Shown piece by piece: positions 48,671 through 61,884 of a stretch of 64,000 nucleotides of DNA. Position numbers and translations under genes: made by a program. Where the stretch lies: assembly GCF_006345805.1 (NCBI RefSeq), contig NC_043011.1, positions 59,098,464 to 59,162,463 of the forward strand. Direction: 5' to 3'. Each line of letters starts with the position of its first letter. Position 1 is the stretch's first letter. The notes below the pieces were generated by a model. The model saw nothing but the letters and a program-made list of their open reading frames with translations. It was not told where the DNA came from and searched no databases. The DNA is from Octopus sinensis. Taxonomy: Eukaryota.

Positions 48671-50599
48671 TAACATTCAATTGTTATTGATTTCAAATTT
48701 GGTCACAAATCCAGTAAATTCGGGGAAGAGTATAACTCGATTGCATTGATCCCATTGTTTAACTGGTACTTATTTTATCGACCCCGAAATTATGAGATGT
48801 GGGAAATGTATTTTGTTTATTTGAAGTAAGTCAATTGCAGCTGTTAAACACATGATCCTGGTTTAAGGCGACTCTATAAGATAAACACTAGTTTTACACT
48901 GGAATCGATGTAATTGACTTACCCCCACCTCCCCACACGCCCACACCGAAACTGCTGGCCTTGTGCCAAAATGTGAAACCAGTACTCATTAGTGATGAGA
49001 CGGCAGAATTGCTAGAGTCTGAGAAGTAATCCGTTGAGCGATTTTTTTTTGTATTTCATTTTTCGTTTCAATTCTGTTTCTTCATCTTTGCGGTGTCGAT
49101 AAAAGGAAGCGCCATTTCCAGAACGATTTGATTGTTCGTTTCCCGCCGCTTCCAAAATTTATCTCCTTCTGTCTATTCTCGTTAAATCTGTTAACGTGAT
49201 GCAAACAAACAGCCATGTTGATAAAATGTCGGAAAACATTTCTTGCAGTAATTAATTGCCATTGGGATTAGGACTCCCAAAGACAACGTATTTTCCTGTT
49301 CATCCTTTGGGTTAGTCTAATGTAAATTTCTGACACAAATTTTTACAGAAGTAAAATAAATAAAAAAATTCAGTTATCCGCTAAACATTAAATGTACATT
49401 TTTGAGATCTACTTGTTTGGTGAGTGGTTTTATCTGAGACCGTGTGTTTAAACTGACCCAAATGCAACTTAAAAGACACCTACTAGCCTTTCGGAAACAC
49501 ACAGGATCCGTTAACTTTACTTAAAGCATTTTTACTTGATGTGTAAATTTCCGTTGCACTGCTTGCGACCTGGTCACTGTCACCAAAAATATATTGTTAG
49601 ATATTATGTCATTGAATATATTCATTATCATTAAGATAATTAAGATCATCCTATTTTCTTTAATTTTATGTAAGTCTCAAAATAATTTTACTTCTTGTAT
49701 CCTTAGTAACGAACAGGAACCATATTCATTTTATAAATTCAAGCTGAAATACAAAATATTTTTGGAATAATTGTATTGATAAACATGAAAATTGATTCGG
49801 TGTTTGAGGGGAATTTGGTTGTTGTGGCGGGCGGAGTAGACAGTATTAGCGATAGACGTGACTTATAATGGATGAGGAAGGAGGGTGAGAGAGAAGCAGA
49901 TAGGTTTATGTAAATATATGTTTGAATGGAGTTAACGTGATTCTCAGAACTTCATCAATAAGGGAGGTAAAAAGTGTCCCTATGATAATTCTGGTCGAGT
50001 GAGCGAGGTGGAGTGATATGTGGCTGGGTGCGGATATGAGACCCGTTGGAAATCTAGAAACCTTGCAGAACAATTTGAATATTTGACAATGTTGATATGA
50101 CGGAAGAGAAAAATAAATAGCTTTTTAGTTTATATTTGAGTGGATGTGTATATTAGCGTCTGTTTGCGAGTGTTTTTATGTATGTGTGATAGATGTTAGT
50201 GTCATAATGTCATAAATATGATTACTATCTATTCGATACAAAAGCCATTAATATATATAATTTAACTTGCACAAAATAGAAAGAAAAATCAGCGATATTT
50301 ATTACATTATTTATAATTATCATTAACCGTCATAATAAGATCAACCTTCTGTATTAGTATAGAGAGTATCTGTGGCCAATATAAACATCAATTTAAAACA
50401 CCAGTCTCAAGATATTAAACTCTCAAAGTAGCTACATCACAACTAACTTGTATCCTATTCGTTTTTACATTTTACTCAACTTACTTTCACCACAAAATTA
50501 AACAATATGTTAAACTTTAACCAACGTGGATTATCGTCTCAAACAAGGTCATTAGATATTAATTCTCTTTCGTTCAGTAAATGAAACCTGACCTAAGTT

Positions 50600-50810
50600 T
50601 CGTTCTTTTATTTTTTAGCCATTGCCATGCGGTCATATTGGACACCGCCTTGAGAAGTGTGGACGTCGAAATCAGTCTGTAGCACGTAATAAATTTTTTA
50701 AAGTCTGGTAATAAATCTATCGACTATTCTGTCGAACTGCTATGTTTTTGAGACGTAAACACATTAACAGTGGTTGTCAAACGGTCGATGATGAAAACCC
50801 CAAATACTAA
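50600..50810 (-). mobile_element. Family B SINE tail
   Basis: GCGGTCATATTGGACACCGCC...TCTATCGAC...GTCGAACTGCTA...GACGTAAACACATTAACAGTGGTTGTCAAACG, then CA repeat. Confidence 0.65.
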
Positions 50811-52719
50811 CACACACATACACACAAACACACGCACACATACACACATACATAAATACAGACATACACATACACACATACCGGTGCGTGTGCGTGTGTC
50901 GGGCACCCATATCGTTTCCGTCTATCAAGTACACACAAGACATTGGTTTGGAGCTGTAGTAAAAACAATTACCCAAGGTACAACACGTGTAAGCCAATCT
51001 TAGAAACCACAAAGCCATTCTCACATCTATATATATATATATATATATATGAGAAAAAGTTTAATCTTGTGTTTACAAAGAACAGTGTAGTTCCTTCCAA
51101 CTTACATCACGAATTATATATGGTTCATAGACTTTATAACACATTCATTAACTTATAGTTGTAGTCCGATGTTTGTATGAATAGAAATCTCTTTATGTGC
51201 TTATTGCCCTAAGTAGCTGCCTTCTTACAAACATTGGAAAGAAAATAAAATGTTAGTCTTTTCGTAGCTTGTTACGAGTTATGTTTTTTTTCTTCTTTTA
51301 ACAACGATGTAACGTCTGTGCTGCAAAAATATCCTGTTATGCCATTGACCTAACAGCGTTGTTCTTTAGCCGTAGGTTAACCTTGATCTCGTAAACCTTA
51401 TGATCAAAGCTTTTCCGATTACAACATTTCATCGTCCTCTCGACGTGATACAACACTAACGAGTATGCATTGATGTTTTAAAACATAGTATGGGTGATTT
51501 GAGAAGGGTTTGGCTAATATTTCTAATAGGCTCTACAACAAATTTGACACTCAGTCCTTGGTAGGCAACACGATGTAAATGAGACTTAAACCAGTGATAC
51601 CTTTTATCATTAGGTTAAATTGTTGCTCTGAATATCTTCCAGAATCTCAGATTTTGTTAGTTAAACGCAACAGTATTCGTTAAATATGATTCTCGTTAGA
51701 TTATTCGTTTCCGATATAAATGCGCAAAGAAGATAATCTGACGATCTTATTTCTGTTCTCTAGTGTTATTTCAATTCGAATGTAATCCCTGGGAAAAATA
51801 ATAATCAACGCATAATTCTAGCGAATATATTGCTAAACATTTGCAGAATTAGCTAAAATGCAACTGCTTAAAGATTGCACATCTTAAAACAAGAATAATC
51901 TAAATCAATCGGCCGCATGGTTGTTAATACAACTGTGAAACAGATACAACGCTTTGCTGCAAGGTGCAGTTTATTGAGTTATTAAGATGTGTTTCGTATG
52001 CTCTCTGAATGGAGTTGAATCTATCTTACAGGCATGAGATATGGAATCTCGTGTAGGTACACCACATCACTTCCGGTAATCATGCTTCAGTAAACATCCA
52101 ACCAAATTAGAATTGCTACCATTAAAAGCAAACTAAACTTCTGAGAATTTAATAGTCTCTACCTCGAAGTTGTTTTTGCTTTCTCAATATAAATTCATTG
52201 ATGATATCATCTAAAATGTAATCACCATAAGGTTGTAGACTGAATATTTTGTCTTTCGCTGGTTTAAATTAATTACTTTTTAAATAATCAATTCAACTCC
52301 AATGAACAGTGTCTCTTATAAATGAATTAAACCTCCGAAATACTGGTTATTTTAAGTTGACCTTACTGATATTAAATATTAATCTTTGGGGTCAATTAAA
52401 AATGCAATCAAGAACTGATTTTAGTGACGTCATTAATATTATACGTTATGAAATAAGATGTTAATGATGCAAAAATCTTTCCTTCCAAAGTTAATTAAAC
52501 AGATTCAGATTTTGTATATAATATAATAGGACATAAACTTTATAAATAACTGTTTGTATTTATGTGTATGTGTGACCGTATATATGTATGTTTCGCTCTC
52601 TCTTTCTGTATCTGTCTCTCCGTACACACATGTAAATATATATATACATATATATATATATATATTATATATATATATATATATATAATATATATAATAT
52701 ATATATATATATATATTAT

Positions 52720-53080
52720 ATATGGGTATGCTGGAAATTTGAAAATACCACTTCGGAGCGAAGACCATGCTCTGAAGCATAGCACACATCCACCAGCAGA
52801 GTGTGTCATGGGTTTGTAGCGTGGTAGATTGTAAAGAGGTAGCGGGAGAGTTCATCTGGGCAAACGGTGCTTCTCAAATCGATGTTCAGTCGAAGAATCC
52901 AAGAAGGTCAACGGTCAGGATCACCAGGAGACTAATTTCAAACCACCCACAAGGCATGGCGTCCACGGTTGTGTAATCGGCTAATGGAAGATCCACTATG
53001 ACTCGGGCCCCCGATTCGAATTTACGATAATGGAATTAAATGGGGACAACGAGTCATGAGAATCCGCGAATGTAGCGAAA
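52720..53080 (+). mobile_element. Decayed RTE-clade LINE 3' end followed by (ACAT)n
   Basis: GC-richer block with frame pieces CHGFVAW, EFIW, LMEDP and KWGQRVMRIRECS, resembling the RTE C-terminal 'FAGHC...LW.P..G.R..GRP...M.DR..W..RV...R'. Confidence 0.5.
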
Positions 53081-53084
53081 TCAC

Positions 53085-53715
53085 ATACATACATACATAC
53101 ATACATACATACATAAATACATACATACATGCATACATACATACATACATAAATACATACATACATACATACATAAATACATACATACATACATACATAA
53201 ATACATACATACATACATAAATACATACATAAATACATACATGCATACATACATACTTGTATGCATGCATACATACATACATGAATACATACATAAATAC
53301 ATACATGCATACATACATGCATGCATGCATGCATACATACATACATACATACATACATACATGCATACATACATGCTTACATACATACATACATTCATAC
53401 ATACATTCATACATACATAAATACATACAGGCATGCATACATACATGCATGCATACATACCTACATACATACATAAATACATACATACATACATACATAA
53501 ATACATACATAAATACATACATGCATGCATACATACATACATGCATGCATACATACATACATACATAAATACATACATGCATGCATACATACATGCATGC
53601 ATGCATACATACATACATACATACATACATACATACATACATACATACATACATGCATGCATACATACATACATACATAAAGACATACATGCATGTATGC
53701 ATACATACATACATG
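53085..53715. repeat. ~630-bp (ACAT)n array with AAAT/GCAT variant units
   Basis: Directly visible. Confidence 0.95.
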
Positions 53716-55004
53716 CGTATATATATATATATGTATATAATATCGACAACCTCGATAATAATGATAATGATATATATTAACTGTTGAATAAACTCCTTTG
53801 AATATCTAAGACGAAACCGGTGAACGTTTCTTGTAATGTCTTAATTTTAAAACTACACACACACACACATGCATATATATGTACATATATGAATGTATAT
53901 ATGCATATATATACTTATATACACTCATAGTTATATACATATGTATATATATATATATATACATACATATACATACATACACACAAACACACTCACACAT
54001 AGATATATATGTATATGTATACATATGTGTGTGCATATATGTATGTATATTTGTGTATGTATATATGTACATATATATGCATGTGTGTGTGTGTTTGTAT
54101 CAAACTCCGTTGATTCACTAGACGAGATAAATTATGCAACTCAATTCAAATGCCAAATATTTTTTAAACATTATAACTGAAACCGCTCCAAATTCCCGTT
54201 CTCAGCGGGTAAAGCGGGTATGATTTTCATTTAATACATTTTCGCTGTTTAAATAATTTTATGAAATATGAAATGAAGTTTTAGAGAAAACGATCATTCT
54301 TGTGTTCTTTCGTTTAAAAGCTTTTCTCCATGACTCGTGCTCCACGCTCACGCTTTTCATTTCATTTCTGCCTCTCGTGGTGATATTCTTCTAAAAGACT
54401 TAAAGGCCAAACAAGGGAAGTCATGAAATTGAATTGCTGCTTAAATAACTTTCTAAAGTAATATTTTTAAGTGGTACTTCAGAGTTTTCAAAACATTGAG
54501 CGTGTATACAGATGTTCATTCATATACGCCTATGCAAACCCAGATACATACACGTTTGCACACTCGTATATATAGATATGTATACACAATAATATACTCA
54601 ACTATAGATGTACACATATTCATATATAAACATGCGTATACATAGACATGCACACACACACGTATTAAGACATAAATAAAAGCTAGTAATTAAACATTTC
54701 GAAAGCCAGGGTTTTTTTCTTCTTTATAAAACAGAACGAAATTAAAGGAAGATTACATTTCCATAAAACATGCTTAACTGCATACAAAGCCATTTCTATG
54801 TTTGTCATTCTAAAAGGTATTTTTTTTTTAATGGAAAAACACAGAGATGAGCTTTTCCTTCTAACATTAATTTCATATTTCAAAAAGAATTAAGACATTG
54901 GATATTTGAAAAGAAAAAAAAAATAAGGCTCGGTTTCGCAGATGATGAACGGAAAAGCGTAACTCTGAGTACTGGAAATATGAGTACTGGACATATACAT
55001 ATAC

Positions 55005-55016
55005 AGATAGATAGAC

Positions 55017-55065
<49 letters not shown>

Positions 55066-55109
55066 TATAGATAGTTAGAAGATAGATAGATAGATAGATA
55101 GATAGATAT

Positions 55110-55144
<35 letters not shown>

Positions 55145-55380
55145 TATATATATATAGATAGATGATAGATAGATAGATAGGATAGATAGATAGATAGATT
55201 GACGGATAGAGATAGGTAGGTAGTTAGATAGATAGATAGATAATAGATGGATAGATGATAGATAGTAGATAGATAGATAATAGATAGATGATAGATAGAT
55301 ATAGATAGATAGATAAAATAGATAGAAAAATAGACACATAGAGTGATAATTGATAGGTAGACAGATAGATAGATAGAATG
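55005..55380. repeat. Imperfect (GATA)n array
   Basis: Directly visible. Confidence 0.95.
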
Positions 55381-56504
55381 ATACAGTGTTGTGTGTGATT
55401 GTGTGAGAGATAGAAAGAGAGAGAGATAGAGTGTATGCGTGTGTGTAATGAAATTAGTTGTAAGTAATGGGAAATTGTTTCACACCAGAATTATTTAACC
55501 TGTGGCATGATTACAATTCAAGCTATATATGTCACAAATTCGATACTAAAATCACTTTATATTTAAAAATTACGTGTATTCTAATATTTGTTGACGTCTC
55601 ACAAGAAAAACGAAGTAGAAAAAACATTTCGCCATGTCTTAGGAGAAACGATCAAATATTAAATGAACAAGTTAGTGGAGACTATTGTAAGGATGATGTA
55701 ACAATTTGAAAGAATATTTTGTAGAAATGTTTTTATAGAATTTATTAGACTTATAGAAAAATCGATCACAAATTTGCAAATGTAATAAATCTTCAAATAC
55801 TGTTCAGGGAGAGATTGTAAAAATCGTTTTGTGCTATATGAAAGAGAACCGGTGTTGGGTATATACGCGAAGAAAACATTAAAAAATGGATTTAAAAATG
55901 AAATCTTAAGTTATTTTATATCAACTTGTGGTAGAAAGATGTGGAAGTGAAACGTATAACATAAGTCTAAACATTCTATCTACACACTTAAAAAATATGA
56001 TATCAGGTTAGACTCAGAACGTCTGACAACATCACGAAAAGAAATTACGTGTTGTATAATGATGTATGACAATCCCGATGCAATTGTGTTGCATATGACA
56101 CTAAGCAATATATCAAGTTACTAAAAGCATTTGTAATAGTTACTCAGTAATAGTAACGTATACAAAACTAATAATCCAGATATTTTAACCTTACATAAAA
56201 AATGTTAATGATATGATAGCAAATATATAAATGGTTTTGAATAGGGGAGCAATAACAACATCTTCGTAACAACAAATGAGATAATCTTTTCTCTATAGGA
56301 TTGAAACTAAAGATAGATTTTATTCCACCCATGACCACGGCTATAGAAGTTAGCTGCACCCGGATATTCCGTCAGGCTTCTAGCTCCGTATGTATGAAGA
56401 AAACGACGAATGCAATAGAGAAGAAAGTATAAGAGGTTTTCAAAATAGAAAGAGAGAGAAAGCAGCGACGTATTTAACATCATAAGATGTGATGACGTTA
56501 GTTT

Positions 56505-56735
56505 CACATTTTGGCTCATGACCAGCGATTTTGAGAGAAAGTAGGCAAGTCGATATCCCCGACACAGTGTTCTACTTGTATTTATTTTATGGAATTCGAG
56601 AGGATGAAAGTCAAAATCGAACTTGAGAGAATCAAAGGCAATGTCGACCACGGCAGAAGTTGAACTGAGAAAGGATTAAATACCGCTAAGCATTTTTTGT
56701 CCGGCTCCGTAACGGTTCTGCCATTTCGCCGGCTT
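56505..56735 (-). mobile_element. Degenerate SINE family A with a short internal duplication
   Basis: GAGAGGATGAAAGTCAAAATCGAAC followed by GAGAGAATCAAAGGCAATGTCGACC; terminal ACGGTTCTGCCATTTCGCCG. Confidence 0.65.
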
Positions 56736-56789
56736 TTTGGTGTTATATTGTTGTAATCTTTTTATATTTCGAAAGAATTACAAAACTGA

Positions 56790-56990
56790 GGGAAGATGTT
56801 AAAATGCCAGATCATAGAACTGGGAAATGGAATAGGAGATTCCTGTAAAAAGTATTGTATGTCGGCCTGTAAAAGTACCTGGCATTATATTCTAGAATCT
56901 GGTCATAAGGAATGGGGGTTCAAACTGGTTGTAAGGGATGAGGGTTTGGATAACATAATCCAAGATAAAGATACAAATACTTCAGGTGAA
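56790..56990 (+). mobile_element. Possible RTE LINE 3' remnant
   Basis: VKMPDHR...KVLYVGL resembles 'V.RMPD.R.PK..LYG.L'; followed by decayed CAG/CAA repeats. Confidence 0.3.
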
Positions 56991-57236
56991 TGACTTTGAT
57001 CCTAAATCTGATCTAGAACAGAATAATTGCAGCAACAGCATACGCAACAACATCAGTAGCAAAAGCGGCTGCAGCAGCAACAAAACCGACAGCAGCAGCA
57101 GAAGCGATAAAGACAGCCACGAAGACAGCAGCAACAACAACAACATAACTGGCTAAGAGAGAGAGCCATGTGAACTGAAACCTACATCTTAGAATAATTG
57201 AATTCCCAACTACTTCATTCTGCGTAGTAGTATTAA

Positions 57237-57302
<66 letters not shown>

Positions 57303-57575
57303 GTGATGTTTAATAATTATCGAAATAATAAACATGATTCTATGACATAGAAAAAATAACTGCATCAGCAAGACACGCCTTCAGATAAAACAGCTACAGG
57401 GAAATTGACTACACACGTGTATGTGTGTGTGTGTGCGTGTGTGTGCGTGTCTGTTAGAGTCTCTCTGTGTTTGTTAGCATACAGATGTGTACATGTGTAA
57501 TTTCATATATATACATATATTCACATACATATACTTAGCTATGCATAACACAAGCACACAAACGTATATATATAT

Positions 57576-57607
<32 letters not shown>

Positions 57608-57612
57608 ATATA

Positions 57613-57650
<38 letters not shown>

Positions 57651-58078
57651 CATATACATACACACTTACATATATGTCTGCATATATATATGCACACGCA
57701 TATGCACGCACGCACTCACACACATATATGTTACATGTGGCAAGAAACTTTGCATAGTGTAACGTTACAACTTCTGCACATAAAAAATATAATCAAAACA
57801 AAATTAATATAGGAATTTTTATTTTACATATAAATCATGTTTTTAAACATCACGTTTCATATAAAAACAAAGGTATTTTTCCGATTTTTTTTAAAAATAA
57901 ATAAATCCTATTTTATATAGCAATAATGTATGGATATACATACATACATACATACATACATACATACATACATACATACATACATACACGCACACATAAG
58001 CACACAGACACATATATATATATATATAAACACATTTGTTTATTTATCTTCCTTGAATATGTACGGCAATGAATGGTG

Positions 58079-58111
<33 letters not shown>

Positions 58112-58496
58112 ATGTATGTACGTATGTATGTATGTATGTATGTATGTATGTATGTATGTATGTATGTATGTATGTATGTATGTATGTATGTACGTATGTA
58201 TGTATGTATGTATGTATGTATGTATGTATGTATGTATGTATGTATGTATGTACGTATGTATGTTTGATATGAAAGCGATACTCTATATAAACAAAAACAA
58301 CCTATGTGTGTCTAGGTTAAAAGTTATTTTCTATTTTGTTACAATATCAGTTTTAGTTTTTTTCCTTCCTATATTAAGAAATCTGATATTATATATTTTG
58401 ACGTCTTTAGATTGGTCAAAAACTCATTGCTGTTGATTTATTTTATTTCTGTGTTTCATAAAGCAATGTGTGAAGAATAGCGTCTTTTAATTACAG

Positions 58497-58683
58497 ATTT
58501 CGATCTACTACGTGATCTGAAAAGTGATTTTCTCTGCAAATGTTGCGTATTATATATCAGGAGATACTTGTTATCCAGTTCCCGGATTATCCGTTTTGTC
58601 GTGGATGGCTTCATCTTTCGGCAATATACAACATGTGAATCTGATGCATGCACAGAAAGGATAAAGGCACAACTCCCACAAGC
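58497..58683 (+). CDS. Weak candidate internal exon, 187 nt (FDLLRDLKSDFLCKCCVLYIRRYLLSSSRIIRFVVDGFIFRQYTTCESDACTERIKAQLPQ)
   Basis: Acceptor GTCTTTTAATTACAG| and strong donor |GTGAGT. One frame is open from site to site, with stops just outside both boundaries. No recognisable family. Confidence 0.25.
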
Positions 58684-61087
58684 GTGAGTAATTCCCATTT
58701 CCGGTATTCAATCATTTATGCTGCATAACCCCTTTAGATCTCATAACCGTTGGTTTTCTAACGCAGAAAATTGTAAGACAAACCTTTTATGAAATAGTCT
58801 CCAGCAGAATTCAATGTCTCTGAAAGTGACGCTATATTCATACTGAGAAACTTCAGTTATTTACCAACGACTGTATTCGGAATTTCATTAAAATCTGCAC
58901 AGCCTAAAATGCTTCTGACATTTCACCTGTGGATGTTGAAACTTCGTTTATCTACAAAAATATATTGTGTTAAGACGTATTTTCTTTCTCCTGAAGAACC
59001 GCCGTTAACTACAGAAACTACCCATCACAAATGCATCGGCCATTTTAGTGTATCTTTATGAGTTGTGTCGAGAAAGAGAGTGGCTAAGAAATACCGTTAC
59101 CCAGAATACAGCGGTTAGCCCGTTCTATAGAAGGAATTTGTCTATAATATCACCATTGGGTAGAAACCCATCCAAAACGACATGTTTTAGAAAACGTTCT
59201 TCCTTTTCTGAATGATATAGGTGGAGTGGCAAAAATTGAATAGATTTCAACTACGAATGGACCCCGGCTTTTAGGTTCCAGTCCCAACGAGTTTTCGTTT
59301 AGGATGTGTAGGTTCTTTAAAGTCGTCGTATATCTATGATAGAAAAATAGATTAGAATATCTTGAAGAAGCGACAATCTCTAGATTTATAAGAGCCAAAC
59401 AAATATGCATTGAATGTCCCATTCGTTGTTCTTTAGCTATTACTGTCACTAAATATGTTAAAATAATAGCTCTAATCCTGAATTTGAAAATAGCTCATTA
59501 TTCTCAGCTGATGCAGAGCTTACATTTACTTTAAGCTGTGCATCACCTTCAACCGACACCACTGCAATCAGTTGAAAATAACATGCGTTTATCCAGTTGG
59601 CTAAAACAATTCAAGTAAATAAATATAGATCGACATGTTTAGAACTCCTCATCTGTTGACGACAACATGTGTAAACTGATATCTCAACAATGGATTAATC
59701 ATAAATTCCTTAATCTGCTTCGGAAAAGAATTAGGAGGTTTAATATTGAAATGAAAAATATATTTTTATGAAATACAAGTCACTCAGGCAAAATATATTT
59801 GAAGGAAAATATTGATTGCGTTTGTTTCCTTTGCTTTTCATTGCTTAGAAAATGTTAACAGTTTCACAAATTGAATCGATTCATTCAGAAAATTCTATCG
59901 ACTGCATTACATTAACGCTTTTTTAACATCAGCAAAGGAAACATGCAAAACGGATCCTTGATAAATTCGGACCATGGGCTTAATAAGACGCTGGGAGTTT
60001 AGAGATTTTCTAATCTTTAAAGTGAGATATCCTAAAAGGTGATTGTCAGTTTCCCATTAAATGTTATTTTTTAATAAATTACTTCAAGAAACTACCAACA
60101 TTAAAGCAGGATGTTCCTTCGTTATTCAACACCACGTGAAGCCTCATTCCTAATGACCAGTTTTAAGAGGATTCGATTTGGACGGCATGAGTTATGCACC
60201 TTGACTTATATTCTTTTACTACTTTCAGCCATTATTCTGTGCATCGTCTGAATATTTCCGTCAAAATTACTGATGATTATATCAGTAGGAATTGTCATAC
60301 TCACAATTAGTACAAACTTTCAGCAATCCAGAAAGCACAAACTACCAAGTTACTCTCAGGGGCGAATTTGAAATTAGTGCATACAAAACCCAAGCCAGAT
60401 ACTACAAGCGATGCATTACTGATTTACTTTTGAAAGGGCACGAGTCGTTAAAAGTGAGGTTGCCTCAGCCAGCAGTGAAAGTTGATTTTACCACTAGCTT
60501 GCAATAGTCAACAATATATCAGAGGTTTCACTTTGACTACATAATGACATCTTAGGTTTTATGGGAATAGAAAACGGAAAGCAGTGATGTCTGTAATTAT
60601 CACAAAAAACATTAGCGTCTTTAATAAACAATGAAACGTAGCATTATGTGTGAGCTTCCAAACGACTGTCAATGAAACCCAGTCTGTGTGAGATTAGTTG
60701 TAACAAGAAATTCACTTCTGATAATTAATTATTTATCTTCCTGGGGAGCTGGTTTTAACCATAAAAAAAGACTGAGATAGCAATGCAATTTCAAATATTC
60801 GTTCAAGACTATTTTGCTTAGCTTGACAGTAAAGTGTATTAGCAAAGACATGTTTTCCACCATTTTCTCTTTCAATCTTCTTTCTTAAAATACAAATTTC
60901 TTGCGCTAAATCCATAAAACTACTTTATGATTCAACACTCAACATTTACGTCGGCTCGAATTGAACGACTGGGACGATTAGACTGGCATTTCTTACAAGC
61001 CAACTAAATATTACCATGACTTGTTCGGCACTTTGAGCTCGGTTAGCGAACAGAATCATTACAGCATTGGAAAAGTTTATTATGGTA

Positions 61088-61485
61088 CTAGCAGTATCAC
61101 CCGGCGTTGCTCGGGTTTGTAAGGGAAATAACTATATAAGAATTTTTAGAGATGTAAAGTATAATAGCCATCTCAATAAGGCTAACCACAAAGGGGTGTG
61201 TTACTGTAGCTTTTAACGTTCTGAGATTTAATAATACATTTTTAGGGAGTTACTTCCCTTATATAAACCGAGCGAAAATGCATTAAAAATACGGAAAAAA
61301 TTATGGTAATTTTTTTTTTTTAATCGTAGACTCATCGTAGACGCGCGCTAATACTCAGAAGGGCTCGATATGAATCACGACTATAAGATACTCGCTTTTG
61401 GTTACACTGCACCGCAAAATGTGGGAGTAGTTAGGAATCTAAATCGTAGGAGACAGACACACAACTTGACTTTTATATATAAAGA
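61088..61485 (-). mobile_element. Non-autonomous Helitron
   Basis: Minus strand A|TCTTTATATATAAAAG ... hairpin (plus strand CCCGGCGTTGCTCGGG, 61100-61115) ... CTAG|T; no TSD. Confidence 0.85.
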
Positions 61486-61884
61486 TTTCTTCCAGTCCTT
61501 TACGTCTTGTGTTCAAGTATCATTAAAATTCATTTTGCTTTTCACCCTTTTATGGGCTGCAGACTAAAGCATCGCTCAACTTCTGTTGTAGGTATTATCG
61601 TCTAAGCCTACGATTTGCTGTCCGTCCCCCAAATCGGAAACTATAAATGCAACTATTTATGAATGTTACAACTTTGCTTCTGTAAGTCTTGAATTTTGCA
61701 TCCTTTAGTTCAATGTTGAAGTATTTCAAGGCAGAAGCGAAATGAGATTTATTGCATTGTTTTCTGAATCAATGCATCAAAAGTTCAACATTGTAGGAAA
61801 TCAAATGAATGCGAGAATCGCATCTTCATATATTTAATGTTATCACAGTTTTGTACAAATGGAAATAGTTTCCATTGGTGGTGG

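Larger units (their letters stand above)
47876..48850 (+). repeat. 63-bp direct repeat (47876-47938 and 48788-48850)
   Basis: AATTATGAGATGTGGGAAA(C/T)GTATTTTGTTTATTTGAA(A/G)TAAGTCAAT.....CTGTTAAACA occurs twice, ~910 bp apart. Confidence 0.85.

Noticed and set aside
49850-50110. G-rich block possibly a very old PLE GIY-YIG end (minus strand)
   Set aside because: Needs several frameshifts for a marginal match.
59100-59450. Pieces resembling a Tc1/mariner DDE C-terminus (VLENVLPFL, EWTP, FKVVVY)
   Set aside because: The diagnostic SPDLNP and QDGAP motifs are not recognisable and no TIRs were found.
60227-60460. Good acceptor at ~60226 and a possible exon ending at AAA|GTGAGG
   Set aside because: All frames after the strong acceptor stop early, and the alternative acceptor is weak with no homology.
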